Positions 15,376 to 25,664 of a stretch of 64,000 nucleotides of DNA are shown piece after piece. Made by a program: the position numbers and the translations under genes. Source of the DNA: an uncultured Gemmatimonadales bacterium (lineage in GTDB: Bacteria > Gemmatimonadota > Gemmatimonadetes > Gemmatimonadales > Gemmatimonadaceae); contig CAVPQB010000006.1 in assembly GCA_963707505.1 (NCBI GenBank), positions 576,001 to 640,000 of the forward strand, read 5' to 3'. The notes under the pieces were generated by a model, which was not told where the DNA came from, did no database searches, and saw only the letters and a program-made list of their open reading frames with translations. Positions within the stretch are counted from its first letter, which is position 1; every line of letters begins with the position of its first letter.

Positions 15376-17510
15376 TTCACAGATGGCTTCTCGCTCAACC
15401 CTCTCTGCTGCAATAACGGCTCGATCCGCGGATCTCTTCCTCGGAATGCGCGATACATCGCGCCGACATCTTCGGTGTTTCCTCGCGACAGTATCATGTC
15501 GCGAAATTTCTGCCCGTTCGCGCGCGTCATACCGCCGTGCTCCGTGAACCATGCGTACGCGTCATCATCCAGCACCTCGCTCCACAGGTACGCGTAGTAT
15601 CCCGCCGCGTAGCCGTTGTCCCATATGTGCGAGAAGTACGTCGAGCGGTAGCGCGGCGGAACCTCCGGCATGTCGACCTTGAAGCGCTCGAGCGATGCTG
15701 TCTCGAACGAGTCGACGTTCTGCAGTGGTGCGTCCGGTGGAAGCGTATGCCACGCGAGATCGAGCAGCGATGCAGCGAGATATTCCGTGGTGGCAAAGCC
15801 CTGATTGAAGGTGCTTGCGCGCCGGATCTTCTGTACCAGCGCTTGCGGCATCGGCGCGCCGGTCTGGTAATGTTTGGCGTAGTTCGCGAACACTGTCGGC
15901 TCGAGCGCCCAGTGCTCGTTGAACTGAGATGGAAACTCGACGAAGTCGCGCGGCACGCTGGTTCCTGCAAGCGTTGGGTATTCAACGTTCGAGAACATCC
16001 CGTGCAGTGCGTGGCCGAACTCGTGGAACATCGTCGTCACTTCGCCGAAGGTAAGCAGCGCTGGCTGGCCCGGCGCGGGCTTGGTGAAGTTCTCCACGTT
16101 GTACACGACGGGCTTGGCGCCGAGCAGCCCTGACTGGCCCACGAAGCTGGATGTCCATGCGCCACCAGCCTTGTTGTCACGCTTGAAGGGATCGTAATAG
16201 AAGAGCGCCAGCGGCTTGCCGTTGGCATCCCGCACCTCGAACACGCGCACGTCGGACTGATATACCGGTATATCCTTTCGCTCGGTGAACGTAATTCCGT
16301 ACAGCTTGTTCGCCGCGAAGAACACTCCATCCTTCAATACACGGTTCAACTCGAAGTATGGCTTGAGCTGCGTTTCGTCCAGATCGTATGATTTCTTGCG
16401 TACCTGCTCGGAGTAATACTGCCAGTCCCACGGCGCGAGCTTGAATCCGCCATTCTCCTGATCGATCAGCTTCTGCATGTCCCGAGCCTCGCCGCGCGCC
16501 TTGGCCGTTGCCGCGGGTACGAGATCCGTCAACAGCTTGAGAGCTGCGGCAGGAGTCTTCGCCATCTGATTGTCGAGCACGTACGCAGCGTAGTCGGGAT
16601 AGCCAAGCAACCTGGCACGCTCCGCGCGGATCTGTGCGATGCGCGCGATGGTTGTGCGCGTGTCGTTGGAGTCACTGTGCTCGGCGCGCAGTATCGATGC
16701 GTTGAATAGTTGTTCGCGCACGCCCCGGTTGGTGAGCGATGCCTGCGCCGGCTGCTGCGTGGTGTTCTGCAACGGCAGAACCCACTTCCCGCGCAGTCCG
16801 CGTTCACTCGCCGCCTGTGCTGCCGCGGCGAGATCGGCCGGACTCAGGCCAGCCAGTTTGACGGTGTCATCGAGCACCAGAGCGCCAGCCTTGGTCGCTG
16901 CGAGCAGTTTGCTCGAGAACTCGTTGCGCAGCTTCGATTCTTCCTGATTGAGAGCGCGGAGCCTGACCTTGTCCGCTTCCGGCAGATTTGCGCCGGCGCG
17001 CACGAATCTTATGTAATACCGTTCAACGAGATACTGCTGCTCGGCGTTCAGCCCACCGCTCTTGCGATGATCGTAAATCGCTTTGACGCGCGCGAAGAGC
17101 TTGGGGTTCAGGTTGATCGCGTCGCTATGTGCGGCGAGCTTGGGTGCTTCCTCACGTCGCACGCGCTGCAGCGTCGGATTCGTGTTCGATTGAGTGAGAC
17201 CGCCGAACACTCGCTGTACGCGACTCAGCAACTGGCCCGATCGCTCCAGCGCAACAATGGTGTTGTCGAATGTCGGCGCCGCGCTCTGGTCGGCAATCTT
17301 CGTGACGTCGGCGAGACTCTGCCGCATTCCTTCCTCGATCGCCGGCTGAAAATCAGAATCCTTTATCCTGTCGAACGGCGGCGCCTCGAATGGAAGCGTG
17401 CTCGCCGTGAGAAGTGGATTCTGTGCCGTTGCCGCAGTCTGGGCGGCCAGAGGTGAAACGGATATCACCGTGAGGCCAACGGTGATCACCAGCGAACGGA
17501 AGCCCGACAT
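15372..17510 (-). CDS. dcp: M3 family peptidyl-dipeptidase Dcp
   Basis: NPLL..STLPFEAPPFD, K.GGAW, TMFHEFGHALH, RDFVEFPSQFNEHW, GYAAGYYAYLW. Confidence 0.93.
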   Translation of the reverse strand: MSGFRSLVITVGLTVISVSPLAAQTAATAQNPLLTASTLPFEAPPFDRIKDSDFQPAIEEGMRQSLADVTKIADQSAAPTFDNTIVALERSGQLLSRVQRVFGGLTQSNTNPTLQRVRREEAPKLAAHSDAINLNPKLFARVKAIYDHRKSGGLNAEQQYLVERYYIRFVRAGANLPEADKVRLRALNQEESKLRNEFSSKLLAATKAGALVLDDTVKLAGLSPADLAAAAQAASERGLRGKWVLPLQNTTQQPAQASLTNRGVREQLFNASILRAEHSDSNDTRTTIARIAQIRAERARLLGYPDYAAYVLDNQMAKTPAAALKLLTDLVPAATAKARGEARDMQKLIDQENGGFKLAPWDWQYYSEQVRKKSYDLDETQLKPYFELNRVLKDGVFFAANKLYGITFTERKDIPVYQSDVRVFEVRDANGKPLALFYYDPFKRDNKAGGAWTSSFVGQSGLLGAKPVVYNVENFTKPAPGQPALLTFGEVTTMFHEFGHALHGMFSNVEYPTLAGTSVPRDFVEFPSQFNEHWALEPTVFANYAKHYQTGAPMPQALVQKIRRASTFNQGFATTEYLAASLLDLAWHTLPPDAPLQNVDSFETASLERFKVDMPEVPPRYRSTYFSHIWDNGYAAGYYAYLWSEVLDDDAYAWFTEHGGMTRANGQKFRDMILSRGNTEDVGAMYRAFRGRDPRIEPLLQQRGLSEKPSVK

Positions 17511-17640
17511 CGTGCTCTCTCCTTGGATTTACGCTACAAGGCGCCTCCAAGCATACGGCGCGGAGAGAAATATCGGGAGATGCGTGCGGGGCGCCGTTCG
17601 GGTGCGGGACGACGAGACTATACGTCCCGCGCCATCCCCC

Positions 17641-18102
17641 TTACGGTTGGATCGGGAACGGTGCGTCGCGGAAGACTTCGGCTTCTGTCTTGTATCCACC
17701 GCGTGGCGCCTGTTGCACCGGTGTTGGGCGACGCGTCGCCTCTCCGGTTGCAGGCGTTGGTGTCACCGCAGTTGGTGCGGCCGCTACTGCTTGCGGTGGC
17801 GTCACAGGCTGCGGCGCAGCTGCGACCGGCTGGACAACTGCAGGCGGCGGCGCTCTGTGCTCGGCAACCTGTTTCTGGGCTGGCGCTGGTGCGCGTGGCG
17901 CATCGGGGGCCCGCTCGACCGCCGAAACCACATCGCGGCTTCCGGACGTGGGCGCGAGCGTCAGCGAGGACGACGTCGACGACGCTGCGTCGAGATCGCG
18001 ACTCAGATCGGAAGACGGCTTGGCCGGTGCGTTGCACGCCGCGAGCCCAGTGACAGCGACCAGCGTCAATCCGGATAGCCATGTCGAGCGTCGTGTCTTC
18101 AC
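17641..18102 (-). CDS. Pro/Ala-rich hypothetical lipoprotein
   Basis: GGAGGA before GTG 18102; lipobox LAAC; C-terminus GGYKTEAEVFRDAPFPIQP. Confidence 0.7.
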   Translation of the reverse strand: MKTRRSTWLSGLTLVAVTGLAACNAPAKPSSDLSRDLDAASSTSSSLTLAPTSGSRDVVSAVERAPDAPRAPAPAQKQVAEHRAPPPAVVQPVAAAPQPVTPPQAVAAAPTAVTPTPATGEATRRPTPVQQAPRGGYKTEAEVFRDAPFPIQP

Positions 18103-18300
18103 CGCATCCTCCACAGGATCATCAGTTAAACCTATTCTATAGTACTCCACACCGGTTTCTCCGAGCCATTAAATACATCGAAATCCCAAGTCGAACGGGC
18201 GTTCGGAAAATTTACCCGCCAGACTTGAGCGAATCACCCGTATGTGCCCGTTTCGTGCAAGGGCAGGGTGATTTGGCAGTGTATCAGGGGGCATCGAAGG

Positions 18301-18792
18301 GTGGACACGTTTCTTGGGAGAGCACTTACTGACGCCGCGACAGGCCTGCCGAATATCCCCTATTTCCGGATAATTCAGAACTGGGAGGAGCGGCGGGCCA
18401 AGCGCAGAAACACCCTGGTGAGGGTGATACGGGTCGCCGCCGAGGGAGGCGCCGAGAGCATGCGGCGCGCCCTGTTGTGGCGACTCTGCCAGGAGCTCCG
18501 GACTTCGGACCTGATCGCGTCGGAGGGCAGAGACACCTTCCACATTCTGCTAACCACACCCGATGCCGAGAATGCTGCTGCGATCGCTGAGCGAGTTCAG
18601 CGCCTCGGCGCCACGCTGGGGGAGTGCGACAGCGCCGAATGCTCGCCGCTCGTGCTGCGGACGGCGATCGAGCCGCCGGCGGGATATGTCGCCGACAAGG
18701 GACCGTGCGACCCCTGTGAGGAGCACGAGCTGATCAAGCCGCCACCGGCCGCGACGCGTGGTGAGGAGCCCGATCCTGACAATCCGGCCTGA
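18301..18792 (+). CDS. Small protein with a degenerate GGDEF-like domain
   Basis: LTDAATGLPN; LRTSDLIASEGRDTFHILL aligns to LRxxDxxARxGGDEFxILL. Confidence 0.6.
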   Translation: MDTFLGRALTDAATGLPNIPYFRIIQNWEERRAKRRNTLVRVIRVAAEGGAESMRRALLWRLCQELRTSDLIASEGRDTFHILLTTPDAENAAAIAERVQRLGATLGECDSAECSPLVLRTAIEPPAGYVADKGPCDPCEEHELIKPPPAATRGEEPDPDNPA

Positions 18793-18905
18793 TCCCACCG
18801 CGCGCGCAACGTAATAACGCTGGCCCAGCCCCGGGCCGCAGAGCATTTTCAATGCTCACCCATGACCTGGAAGTTTCGTTTGACTGACGAACTCGGATCG
18901 CGCGC

Positions 18906-20582
18906 ATGCACGGCCATTCGGCGTGCGCGTCCCATGCACGCTATCGCTGGAGATTGTTTCGTTTCGCTGGTCGCACTCTGTCTGTGCACCGGGACGAGCG
19001 CGCTCGCACAATCCACAAGATCTGCACCGGGCAAATCGTCGACAAATCTACGCCCGCCAAATCTGCGCCCGCCAAATCTGCGTCGATAAGGAGTGCTGAG
19101 ACGTTCGTGTTGAAGAGCGGCAACGACACAATCGCTGTCGAGACGATGCAACAGGACGGCAACGACATCACCGCGGCGATGGATGCGCGCGGCAGCAGTC
19201 GTTACACGCTGGATGTGAAAGTCGATTCGCAGAGTCTCGTGTCGCGTCTCGAGATCAAGGCGTACGGTGAAGCGGGCACGACACCCACGGCGCACGCAAT
19301 AGTCGCGATCGTCGATGACAGTGTATTCGCGCAGGTCGGCACGGGAATACAACGCGCCGCCACCAAGGTCGGCGCAATTCCATGGGTCAATCCGTCGTTT
19401 GCGTTGCTGCAGGTGCTCGTGCAGCGCGCACGCCGACTCGGAGCGGGGCCTGTCACGATCCCTCTCTTTCTCATCGAGGGTGGCAGCACGGTATCGGCGA
19501 CTGTCACGCGGCTCGGCGCGGATTCCACGATCGTCGACGTGGGTGGCGCGGAGCTCCGGTTGCACACGTCACCGAACGGAGAGGTGTTGGGCGGCGCGGT
19601 TCCCGCACAGCATTCGGAGATCGTACGCCACACGATTCCGTACTCCGCGAGCGGTGTCGCGCTCGCCAAACCTGATTACTCCGCGCCGGCGAACGCGCCG
19701 TACACGAGTGAAGACGTGAGAGTGAATACTCCCGGATCGTTCGTACTGGCTGGAACCCTCACGATGCCCAAGCGGCGCAACGCGCGCGTTCCCGCGGTGG
19801 TCATGATAACCGGCTCAGGACTCGAGGATCGCGACGAAACGGTCCCCGGTGTGAATGGTTATCGCCCGTTTCGCCAGATCGCCGACACGCTCAGCGCGCG
19901 CGGTATTGCGGTCCTGCGCATGGACGACCGGAGCTTCGGCGCATCTGGCGGCGATGCTGCTTCGGCCACCACGGCTGATTTTGCGAATGACATCCGCGCT
20001 GCGCTTGCATATCTCAAGTCGCGTCCCGACATAGATGACAGGCACCTCTTCCTGATCGGACACAGCGAGGGTGGCGAGATCGCGCCGATGATCGCTGCAA
20101 CCGATCCGTCGCTCGCGGGAATCGTGACACTTGCTGGTCCGGCGTCGACCGGCCGTGAGATCAGCCACGCGCAGCTCGAGTACGCTGTCACGCGTGACAC
20201 TGCGCTCAGCGCCGCGCGACGCGACTCCATACTGAAGGGCCAGGACGCGATCCTGGATTCGGCGGCGGCGCATCAACCGTGGGTGAAGTACTATCTGTCG
20301 TACGATCCGATCGCCACGGCGAAGAACGTGCGCGTTCCTGCGCTGGTGCTTCAGGGTGGCAACGATCGACAGATCAGCCCGGATCAGGCGGAGAAGCTCG
20401 CGGCAGCGCTCCGGGCCGGTGGCGACAAGGATGTAACAGTGCACGTCTTTCCAGAGCTCGACCATCTATTTCTGGTGGACCCGACCGGCGACCCGAGCGG
20501 TTATCCGCGGTTACCGTCCAAGCTTATCGGCGCTGACGTTTTGGGGACGATCGCCGATTGGGTGAGCGAGCACGCGAAGTAG
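18906..20582 (+). CDS. Alpha/beta fold hydrolase (S9/S33-like); 5' end possibly frameshifted
   Basis: LAGTLTMP, ITGSG.EDRDE, LIGHSEGG nucleophile, QGGND, FPELDHLF. Confidence 0.88.
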   Translation: MHGHSACASHARYRWRLFRFAGRTLSVHRDERARTIHKICTGQIVDKSTPAKSAPAKSASIRSAETFVLKSGNDTIAVETMQQDGNDITAAMDARGSSRYTLDVKVDSQSLVSRLEIKAYGEAGTTPTAHAIVAIVDDSVFAQVGTGIQRAATKVGAIPWVNPSFALLQVLVQRARRLGAGPVTIPLFLIEGGSTVSATVTRLGADSTIVDVGGAELRLHTSPNGEVLGGAVPAQHSEIVRHTIPYSASGVALAKPDYSAPANAPYTSEDVRVNTPGSFVLAGTLTMPKRRNARVPAVVMITGSGLEDRDETVPGVNGYRPFRQIADTLSARGIAVLRMDDRSFGASGGDAASATTADFANDIRAALAYLKSRPDIDDRHLFLIGHSEGGEIAPMIAATDPSLAGIVTLAGPASTGREISHAQLEYAVTRDTALSAARRDSILKGQDAILDSAAAHQPWVKYYLSYDPIATAKNVRVPALVLQGGNDRQISPDQAEKLAAALRAGGDKDVTVHVFPELDHLFLVDPTGDPSGYPRLPSKLIGADVLGTIADWVSEHAK

Positions 20583-20696
20583 AGCGACCACCTTCGACTC
20601 CGGACCGCGTCCCCGTGACGCGGAATGTCAGATGGGGTTGATCTGCGGCGAGTGCAGCGGCTGCAAGACCAACCCCATCCTCCATCCCAAGTTCAA

Positions 20697-21116
20697 CTAC
20701 GGACCGTAGCCCGGAGGCGGCGCCGGGTTGTTCGTCGTGGACGATGCGGCGACGACGATGGTGCCAGTCATCTGCGGATGGATCGTACAGTGGAATGCGA
20801 AGGTTCCTGCTGTGGCGAATGTCCGTGATACCGAAGTGTCCGCATTGACACCGGGTATGTCGCCGGGCGGATTGGTTCCGGTATCGAACTTCACCGCATG
20901 TCCCACCGCTCCGAAGGCGAAGGTAACCGTGCCGCCGGGCGCGATGGTGACGGCGTTGGGCGAGAAGGCCAGTTGTGGTGTCGCGGCTACCGTTGCGGAT
21001 TGCGGAGACGGCGCCGGCGGTCCCATGGTTCCACCTCCGCCCGAGCCTGACGATCCGCACGCGACAAGCCCCGCGGAGAGCACTACGGTAGCCACTGTCA
21101 GGTGTCCAAGGTGCAT
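20697..21116 (-). CDS. Plastocyanin/azurin-like cupredoxin lipoprotein
   Basis: Lipobox LVAC; GH...FHCTIHPQMTGTIVV type-1 Cu ligands. Confidence 0.88.
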   Translation of the reverse strand: MHLGHLTVATVVLSAGLVACGSSGSGGGGTMGPPAPSPQSATVAATPQLAFSPNAVTIAPGGTVTFAFGAVGHAVKFDTGTNPPGDIPGVNADTSVSRTFATAGTFAFHCTIHPQMTGTIVVAASSTTNNPAPPPGYGP

Positions 21117-21447
21117 TTCAGGTACCTCGATTGTAAAGATGAAGTGTTACCTGATGGATATCTGACTGGCGTACATGTACGTAACAACCACATTGCGAGA
21201 GAGCGCACGTGTAGCACGGTGAATCGCATGTGGTTGTCGGTCAACGATCCACGATGCGCGATGCGGTTGCTGTGTGGATTTCGTTGTAATTTGCGATGAT
21301 GATCGCGATGCGAGTTGACTGATGTCACGAGCATTTGCCGTGTCAGATGCACGCGAAATTTGCGACTCGCCGTTTGCAGGCTCAAACACGCCGTCCGAAT
21401 GCGGATATACGCCGTTCACCGTATCGCGATTCAGATGCTATTATTCC

Positions 21448-22692
21448 ATGATGTCAAGTGGCACCCGAGCGATGGGGAGAACCATTACGCCGGCCTCCGG
21501 CGCCGTGTCTGATACTGGGATGCGGGGCGTCCGCTGGTGGACGATCATTGCGATCTGGTCGCTGCCCGCCTTCGTCGCATCGTACTCTTCATACGTCGCC
21601 GCGGGCGCCCAGGGGCACCCGATAGCGTTCTGGCGAGCGCTCGCGATGCAGTGCCCTGGATGGTACGTGTGGGTGCCGCTCACGCCAGTCGTGTTTGCAC
21701 TCGCGCGAAGATTCCCGGTCGAGCGGCGTCCGGATCTTCGCACGGTCGGCGTGCACCTGGCATTTCTGATTCTCGCGCTCGTCATATACACCACGATATA
21801 CGTCTGGTCCAACATCGAGTTCAGACCGTCGCCGCTCGCGCTCACACCCGCGTTGGTCAAGTCGGTGCTCATCGGCTCGATCGTCATGACGCTGGTTCTG
21901 TACGCCGCGACGCATGCGACGTGTCTCGCTCTGGATTATGCGACGCGAGATCGCGAGCGCGAGCGCCGGACATTCGAGTTGGAAGCGCAGCTTGCACGCG
22001 CGGAACTGCATACACTTCGCGCACAGCTGCATCCGCACGTTCTGTTCAACGCGCTTCACACAATCGCGTTGCTCGCGCGTCGCGATTCCAACGAAGCGAT
22101 TCGCGTTACCGTGCTGCTCGGCAACGTGCTACGAAGCGTGCTGGACAGCGGTGGCACCGATGAGCGGCCGCTGCGCGAGGAGATATCGCTGATCGAGCAA
22201 TATCTGGCGATCGAGCTGGTGCGCTTCGCTGACAGGCTTCAGGTGGTGTGGGAAGTCGAGGACGAGACGCAGGACGCGATGGTTCCCACCCTGCTGTTGC
22301 AGCCTCTGGTGGAAAACGCGCTCCGCCACGGCATCGCGCGCAGTGTGAATGGTGGCACCGTGGTCGTCTCCGCAAAACGGTCGGAGCAGAGCGTGTGCGT
22401 CACGGTCTGGAATGACGGACCGTCGCTACCCGGTGGCAGAATCGGGCGCCGCGGTGTGGGCTTGCAGAACACGGAAGAGCGGCTGCACAGGCTCTACGGT
22501 GATGCTGGACGGCTTACGATCGCCAATGATCCGCGCGGAGGCGTGAGCGTCCGCGTCTGCGCGCCGTGGCGTACCGCCGACGTCGCGGCACCTGGCGATG
22601 AGGCGGAGCTAGTGGTCGGTCCCTACACCAGGTACAGCGTGACTCGCGAGACGAACCCGGATCTCGTCGTAGCGTCGACGCCCAACAGGTAG
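21448..22692 (+). CDS. LytS/YehU-type sensor histidine kinase
   Basis: TM region; LRAQLHPHVLFNAL, RFADRL, LQPLVENALRHG, GVGLQNTEERL; start uncertain. Confidence 0.9.
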   Translation: MMSSGTRAMGRTITPASGAVSDTGMRGVRWWTIIAIWSLPAFVASYSSYVAAGAQGHPIAFWRALAMQCPGWYVWVPLTPVVFALARRFPVERRPDLRTVGVHLAFLILALVIYTTIYVWSNIEFRPSPLALTPALVKSVLIGSIVMTLVLYAATHATCLALDYATRDRERERRTFELEAQLARAELHTLRAQLHPHVLFNALHTIALLARRDSNEAIRVTVLLGNVLRSVLDSGGTDERPLREEISLIEQYLAIELVRFADRLQVVWEVEDETQDAMVPTLLLQPLVENALRHGIARSVNGGTVVVSAKRSEQSVCVTVWNDGPSLPGGRIGRRGVGLQNTEERLHRLYGDAGRLTIANDPRGGVSVRVCAPWRTADVAAPGDEAELVVGPYTRYSVTRETNPDLVVASTPNR

Positions 22693-23472
22693 CCGCGTTC
22701 CGTCACGCAGTACCATCGCGGCTGATCCGTCACGTTCGCGTCTCAGCTCCGCGATCTGATCGACGTTCACCAGAATCGATCGGTGCGCGCGCGCGAAGTT
22801 GTTCGGATCGAGATCCTGTTCGATCGCGCCGAGTGTGCCGCGCAGGAGATGCGCCTTTCCCTGTGAATGGACGACGATGTAGTCGTTGTCGGCGCCGATC
22901 CATTCGACGGTATTCACGGGCACGATGATCGTACGCACTCCATGCGGAATCAGGATCCGCTGCACGTACGCCCTTGACGTGGCTGCTGGCGCAGGCGCCG
23001 CGAAATCATTTCGCGCCAGCGACAACACCGCCTGGCTCAGTCGCTCCGCACGTATGCGCGCATGCAACCGTCGCACCCGATCCATGCAGCGAGCGATTCT
23101 CGCATCGGTGAACGGCTTGACGAGGTAATCCGACGCAGCGAGGTTGAACGCTTCGATCGCGTAGCTGGAATAAGCGGTGACGAAGACGAAGATCGGCAGC
23201 TCGTCGGGCGTCGCTTCTTCCTGTAAGGTACGGACGACGTCGATTCCGTTGACGTCCGGCATCTCGACATCCAGAAAAACGACGTCCGGCCGGTGCGCGC
23301 GGATCATTTTGATCGCCTCTCTGCCGTTTCTGGCGCCCGGAAGAACTTCGATCCCATCCAGTGCGGCCAGAATGTGGCCGAGTCCGTCGCGCGCGATGGC
23401 TTCATCGTCCGCTACCAGCGCGGTGAGTGTCGCCGTGGGCGCCGTGACCGAATTCGACTCGTCGGACATCAT
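22609..23472 (-). CDS. LytTR family response regulator
   Basis: VADDE, VFLDVEMP, FVTAY, DYLVKP; FARAHRSILVN LytTR domain. Confidence 0.92.
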   Translation of the reverse strand: MMSDESNSVTAPTATLTALVADDEAIARDGLGHILAALDGIEVLPGARNGREAIKMIRAHRPDVVFLDVEMPDVNGIDVVRTLQEEATPDELPIFVFVTAYSSYAIEAFNLAASDYLVKPFTDARIARCMDRVRRLHARIRAERLSQAVLSLARNDFAAPAPAATSRAYVQRILIPHGVRTIIVPVNTVEWIGADNDYIVVHSQGKAHLLRGTLGAIEQDLDPNNFARAHRSILVNVDQIAELRRERDGSAAMVLRDGTRLPVGRRRYDEIRVRLASHAVPGVGTDH

Positions 23473-23560
23473 GCCATGGAGAATACCATCCGGCGGCGTA
23501 AAGGGCGAACCCGCACGCCGAATGGTTGGTATCACGGGATGAGCGGCCGGCAGCGCGGGT

Positions 23561-24265
23561 TTAGCTGATCTGATGACCCGCGAACCGATAGCCACGTTTG
23601 CGGACTGTCATCAGATAGCGCGGCTCGGACGGCACCGGCTCCAGCTTGCGCCTCAGCTCAGCAATATGAATGTCGACTGTACGTGTGACTATTTCCGAGT
23701 GGTAGCCCCAGACCACCTTGAGCAGCGTTGCGCGCGAGGCGATGGCGCCGTGCATCCGCATGAGCGCGATCAGCAGGTCGAATTCCTTGGTTGTGAGCGC
23801 AACGGGTACGCCGTTCTTCTTGACGGCGCAGGCCGGAACATCGATCTCGACGTCGCCGAAGGCGAGTACGGTCGCAGCGTCATCGTCGCTCGGCGTTGAT
23901 TCCTGCACCAGCGTCTTGAGTCGCGCCAAAAATTCCGTAGGAGCGAACGGCTCGACAGTGCACCTGTTCCCCATCGATGCTCCCAGGGCGGAAGAGCCGG
24001 TCCCGGACGCCCAGGGAGCGAGTATCAGAATCGGTGTGTCGCGGCTCGCCGAGCGCGGGGTACTGATCATCGAAAGCGGCGGTGCACTGGGAGTGCACGA
24101 GGCAATGACGATCGCACCGGGCCGATTCACTAACGTGCTGCTCGCAATTCTGAGGTCGTCGGCTTTCTGAACGTCGTAGCCAGCGGCCGCCATCAGTCTG
24201 TCGATACCTAGCGCCACACCGTATTCCGCGCCGATCATGGTGATGCAGTGTGCGGGGTTTGTCAT
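23561..24265 (-). CDS. OmpR/PhoB-type wHTH regulator with a degenerate receiver domain
   Basis: LTTKEFDLL, VWGY, TRTVDIHIAELRRKLE, TVRKRGYRF; N-terminal domain lacks the conserved Asp/Lys residues. Confidence 0.8.
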   Translation of the reverse strand: MTNPAHCITMIGAEYGVALGIDRLMAAAGYDVQKADDLRIASSTLVNRPGAIVIASCTPSAPPLSMISTPRSASRDTPILILAPWASGTGSSALGASMGNRCTVEPFAPTEFLARLKTLVQESTPSDDDAATVLAFGDVEIDVPACAVKKNGVPVALTTKEFDLLIALMRMHGAIASRATLLKVVWGYHSEIVTRTVDIHIAELRRKLEPVPSEPRYLMTVRKRGYRFAGHQIS

Positions 24266-24569
24266 ACGTCAGCTCCGTTCAGTGGTGACGAAATACACGC
24301 AACGCTAACGTAATCCGTACAATGATGCCCTGATGCTGCCGTTGCGGCGAGGTGCACCAGCCGTGCGGCGAACGGTCCCATTCGCCGCATTCATGCACCT
24401 GTCGCAGCTATTGCCGCACCATGGTCTCCTGTCTACAGCCATTCACGAGTAGAAAGGCAGTCCGTCCCGGACAGGACCCGCTTGTCCCAGGGGTATGGAC
24501 AATCGACGTCGTAATCGACTAGTCATACGTCGAGCTTACGCATTTCGTCTTCAACCATAGCTTCATGCA

Positions 24570-25664
24570 ATGAGCGTCTTCTGGCGGCGGGCAGCGATCG
24601 TCGTGGTGGTAGCCACTGCGGTCGGCCTCTTGCTGTTCGGTTATCACTACCTCGACTTCGTGACTCGAGGAGTGTCCGCGCCGATATACGATCCTCTCAT
24701 AAGCGAGATGACCGGCGCCTGGGGTGCGGCTGTCCTGCTGATGGGTCCCGCGCTTCCCATTGTGCGCAGGATTCAGAAGCGTCGCGGAGCCATGGCGATA
24801 CCGTCGCACCTGGCCGTCCTCATTGTCTTTTCGCTGCTGCACACGTCGTGGAACGCAGCCACGCGCCAACTTCTATACACGATCTTCGGGCTCGGTCACT
24901 ACGATTACGGAATCATGCCGACGCGCTATTTCATGGAATTCCCCATGGATGTGATCGCGTACGCATTGTTCGTGTCGCTCGTGACGCTGGTCGATCACTA
25001 TGGCGCGTCTCGCGATCGCGATGTCCAGGTTGCGCGACTGGAAGGAGAGCTGAACAGCCTGCGTCTCGCGACGCTGGAGTCTCAGCTGCAACCGCATTTT
25101 CTTTTCAATGCGCTCAACACCGTATCGTCGGTGATGTACGAGGATCTCGCGGCGGCGGATAGCATGCTCGCCTCTCTCGCCGATCTGCTGCGTCGTACAC
25201 TGCGCCCAACGTCGGGGCCGGAAGTCTCTCTGCACGAGGAGCTGGAGACGTTGGATCTCTATCTCGAGATAATGCGTGCGAGATTCGCGGACAGACTCAC
25301 TGTCGACGTCGATATCTCCGATGACGTACGCTGTGCGGCAGTGCCGCCGCTGTTGTTGCAACCGCTTGTCGAAAATGCGCTCAAGCACGGCAATCCGGGC
25401 CCTTCCATTCCGGCACGCGTTACGTTGCGAGCCCGACAATCAGGCGACGATCTTCTGCTCGAGGTACAGGACAACGGTCCCGGAATCGCCGGATCTCCCG
25501 AAGCCGCGATCGGGAAGGGGATAGGACTCGGCAATACCAAGCGTCGCCTGGACCATCTTTACGGTGACGATCATCATCTCACGTTGCGCAACATGCCATC
25601 AGGCGGCCTCAGCGTCACGGTTCAGATCCCGTTTCACCGTGTTGCGCCGGAAGCAGACTCATGA
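24570..25664 (+). CDS. LytS/YehU-type sensor histidine kinase
   Basis: QLQPHFLFNALN, LQPLVENALKHG, DNGPG, GIGLGNT. Confidence 0.92.
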   Translation: MSVFWRRAAIVVVVATAVGLLLFGYHYLDFVTRGVSAPIYDPLISEMTGAWGAAVLLMGPALPIVRRIQKRRGAMAIPSHLAVLIVFSLLHTSWNAATRQLLYTIFGLGHYDYGIMPTRYFMEFPMDVIAYALFVSLVTLVDHYGASRDRDVQVARLEGELNSLRLATLESQLQPHFLFNALNTVSSVMYEDLAAADSMLASLADLLRRTLRPTSGPEVSLHEELETLDLYLEIMRARFADRLTVDVDISDDVRCAAVPPLLLQPLVENALKHGNPGPSIPARVTLRARQSGDDLLLEVQDNGPGIAGSPEAAIGKGIGLGNTKRRLDHLYGDDHHLTLRNMPSGGLSVTVQIPFHRVAPEADS

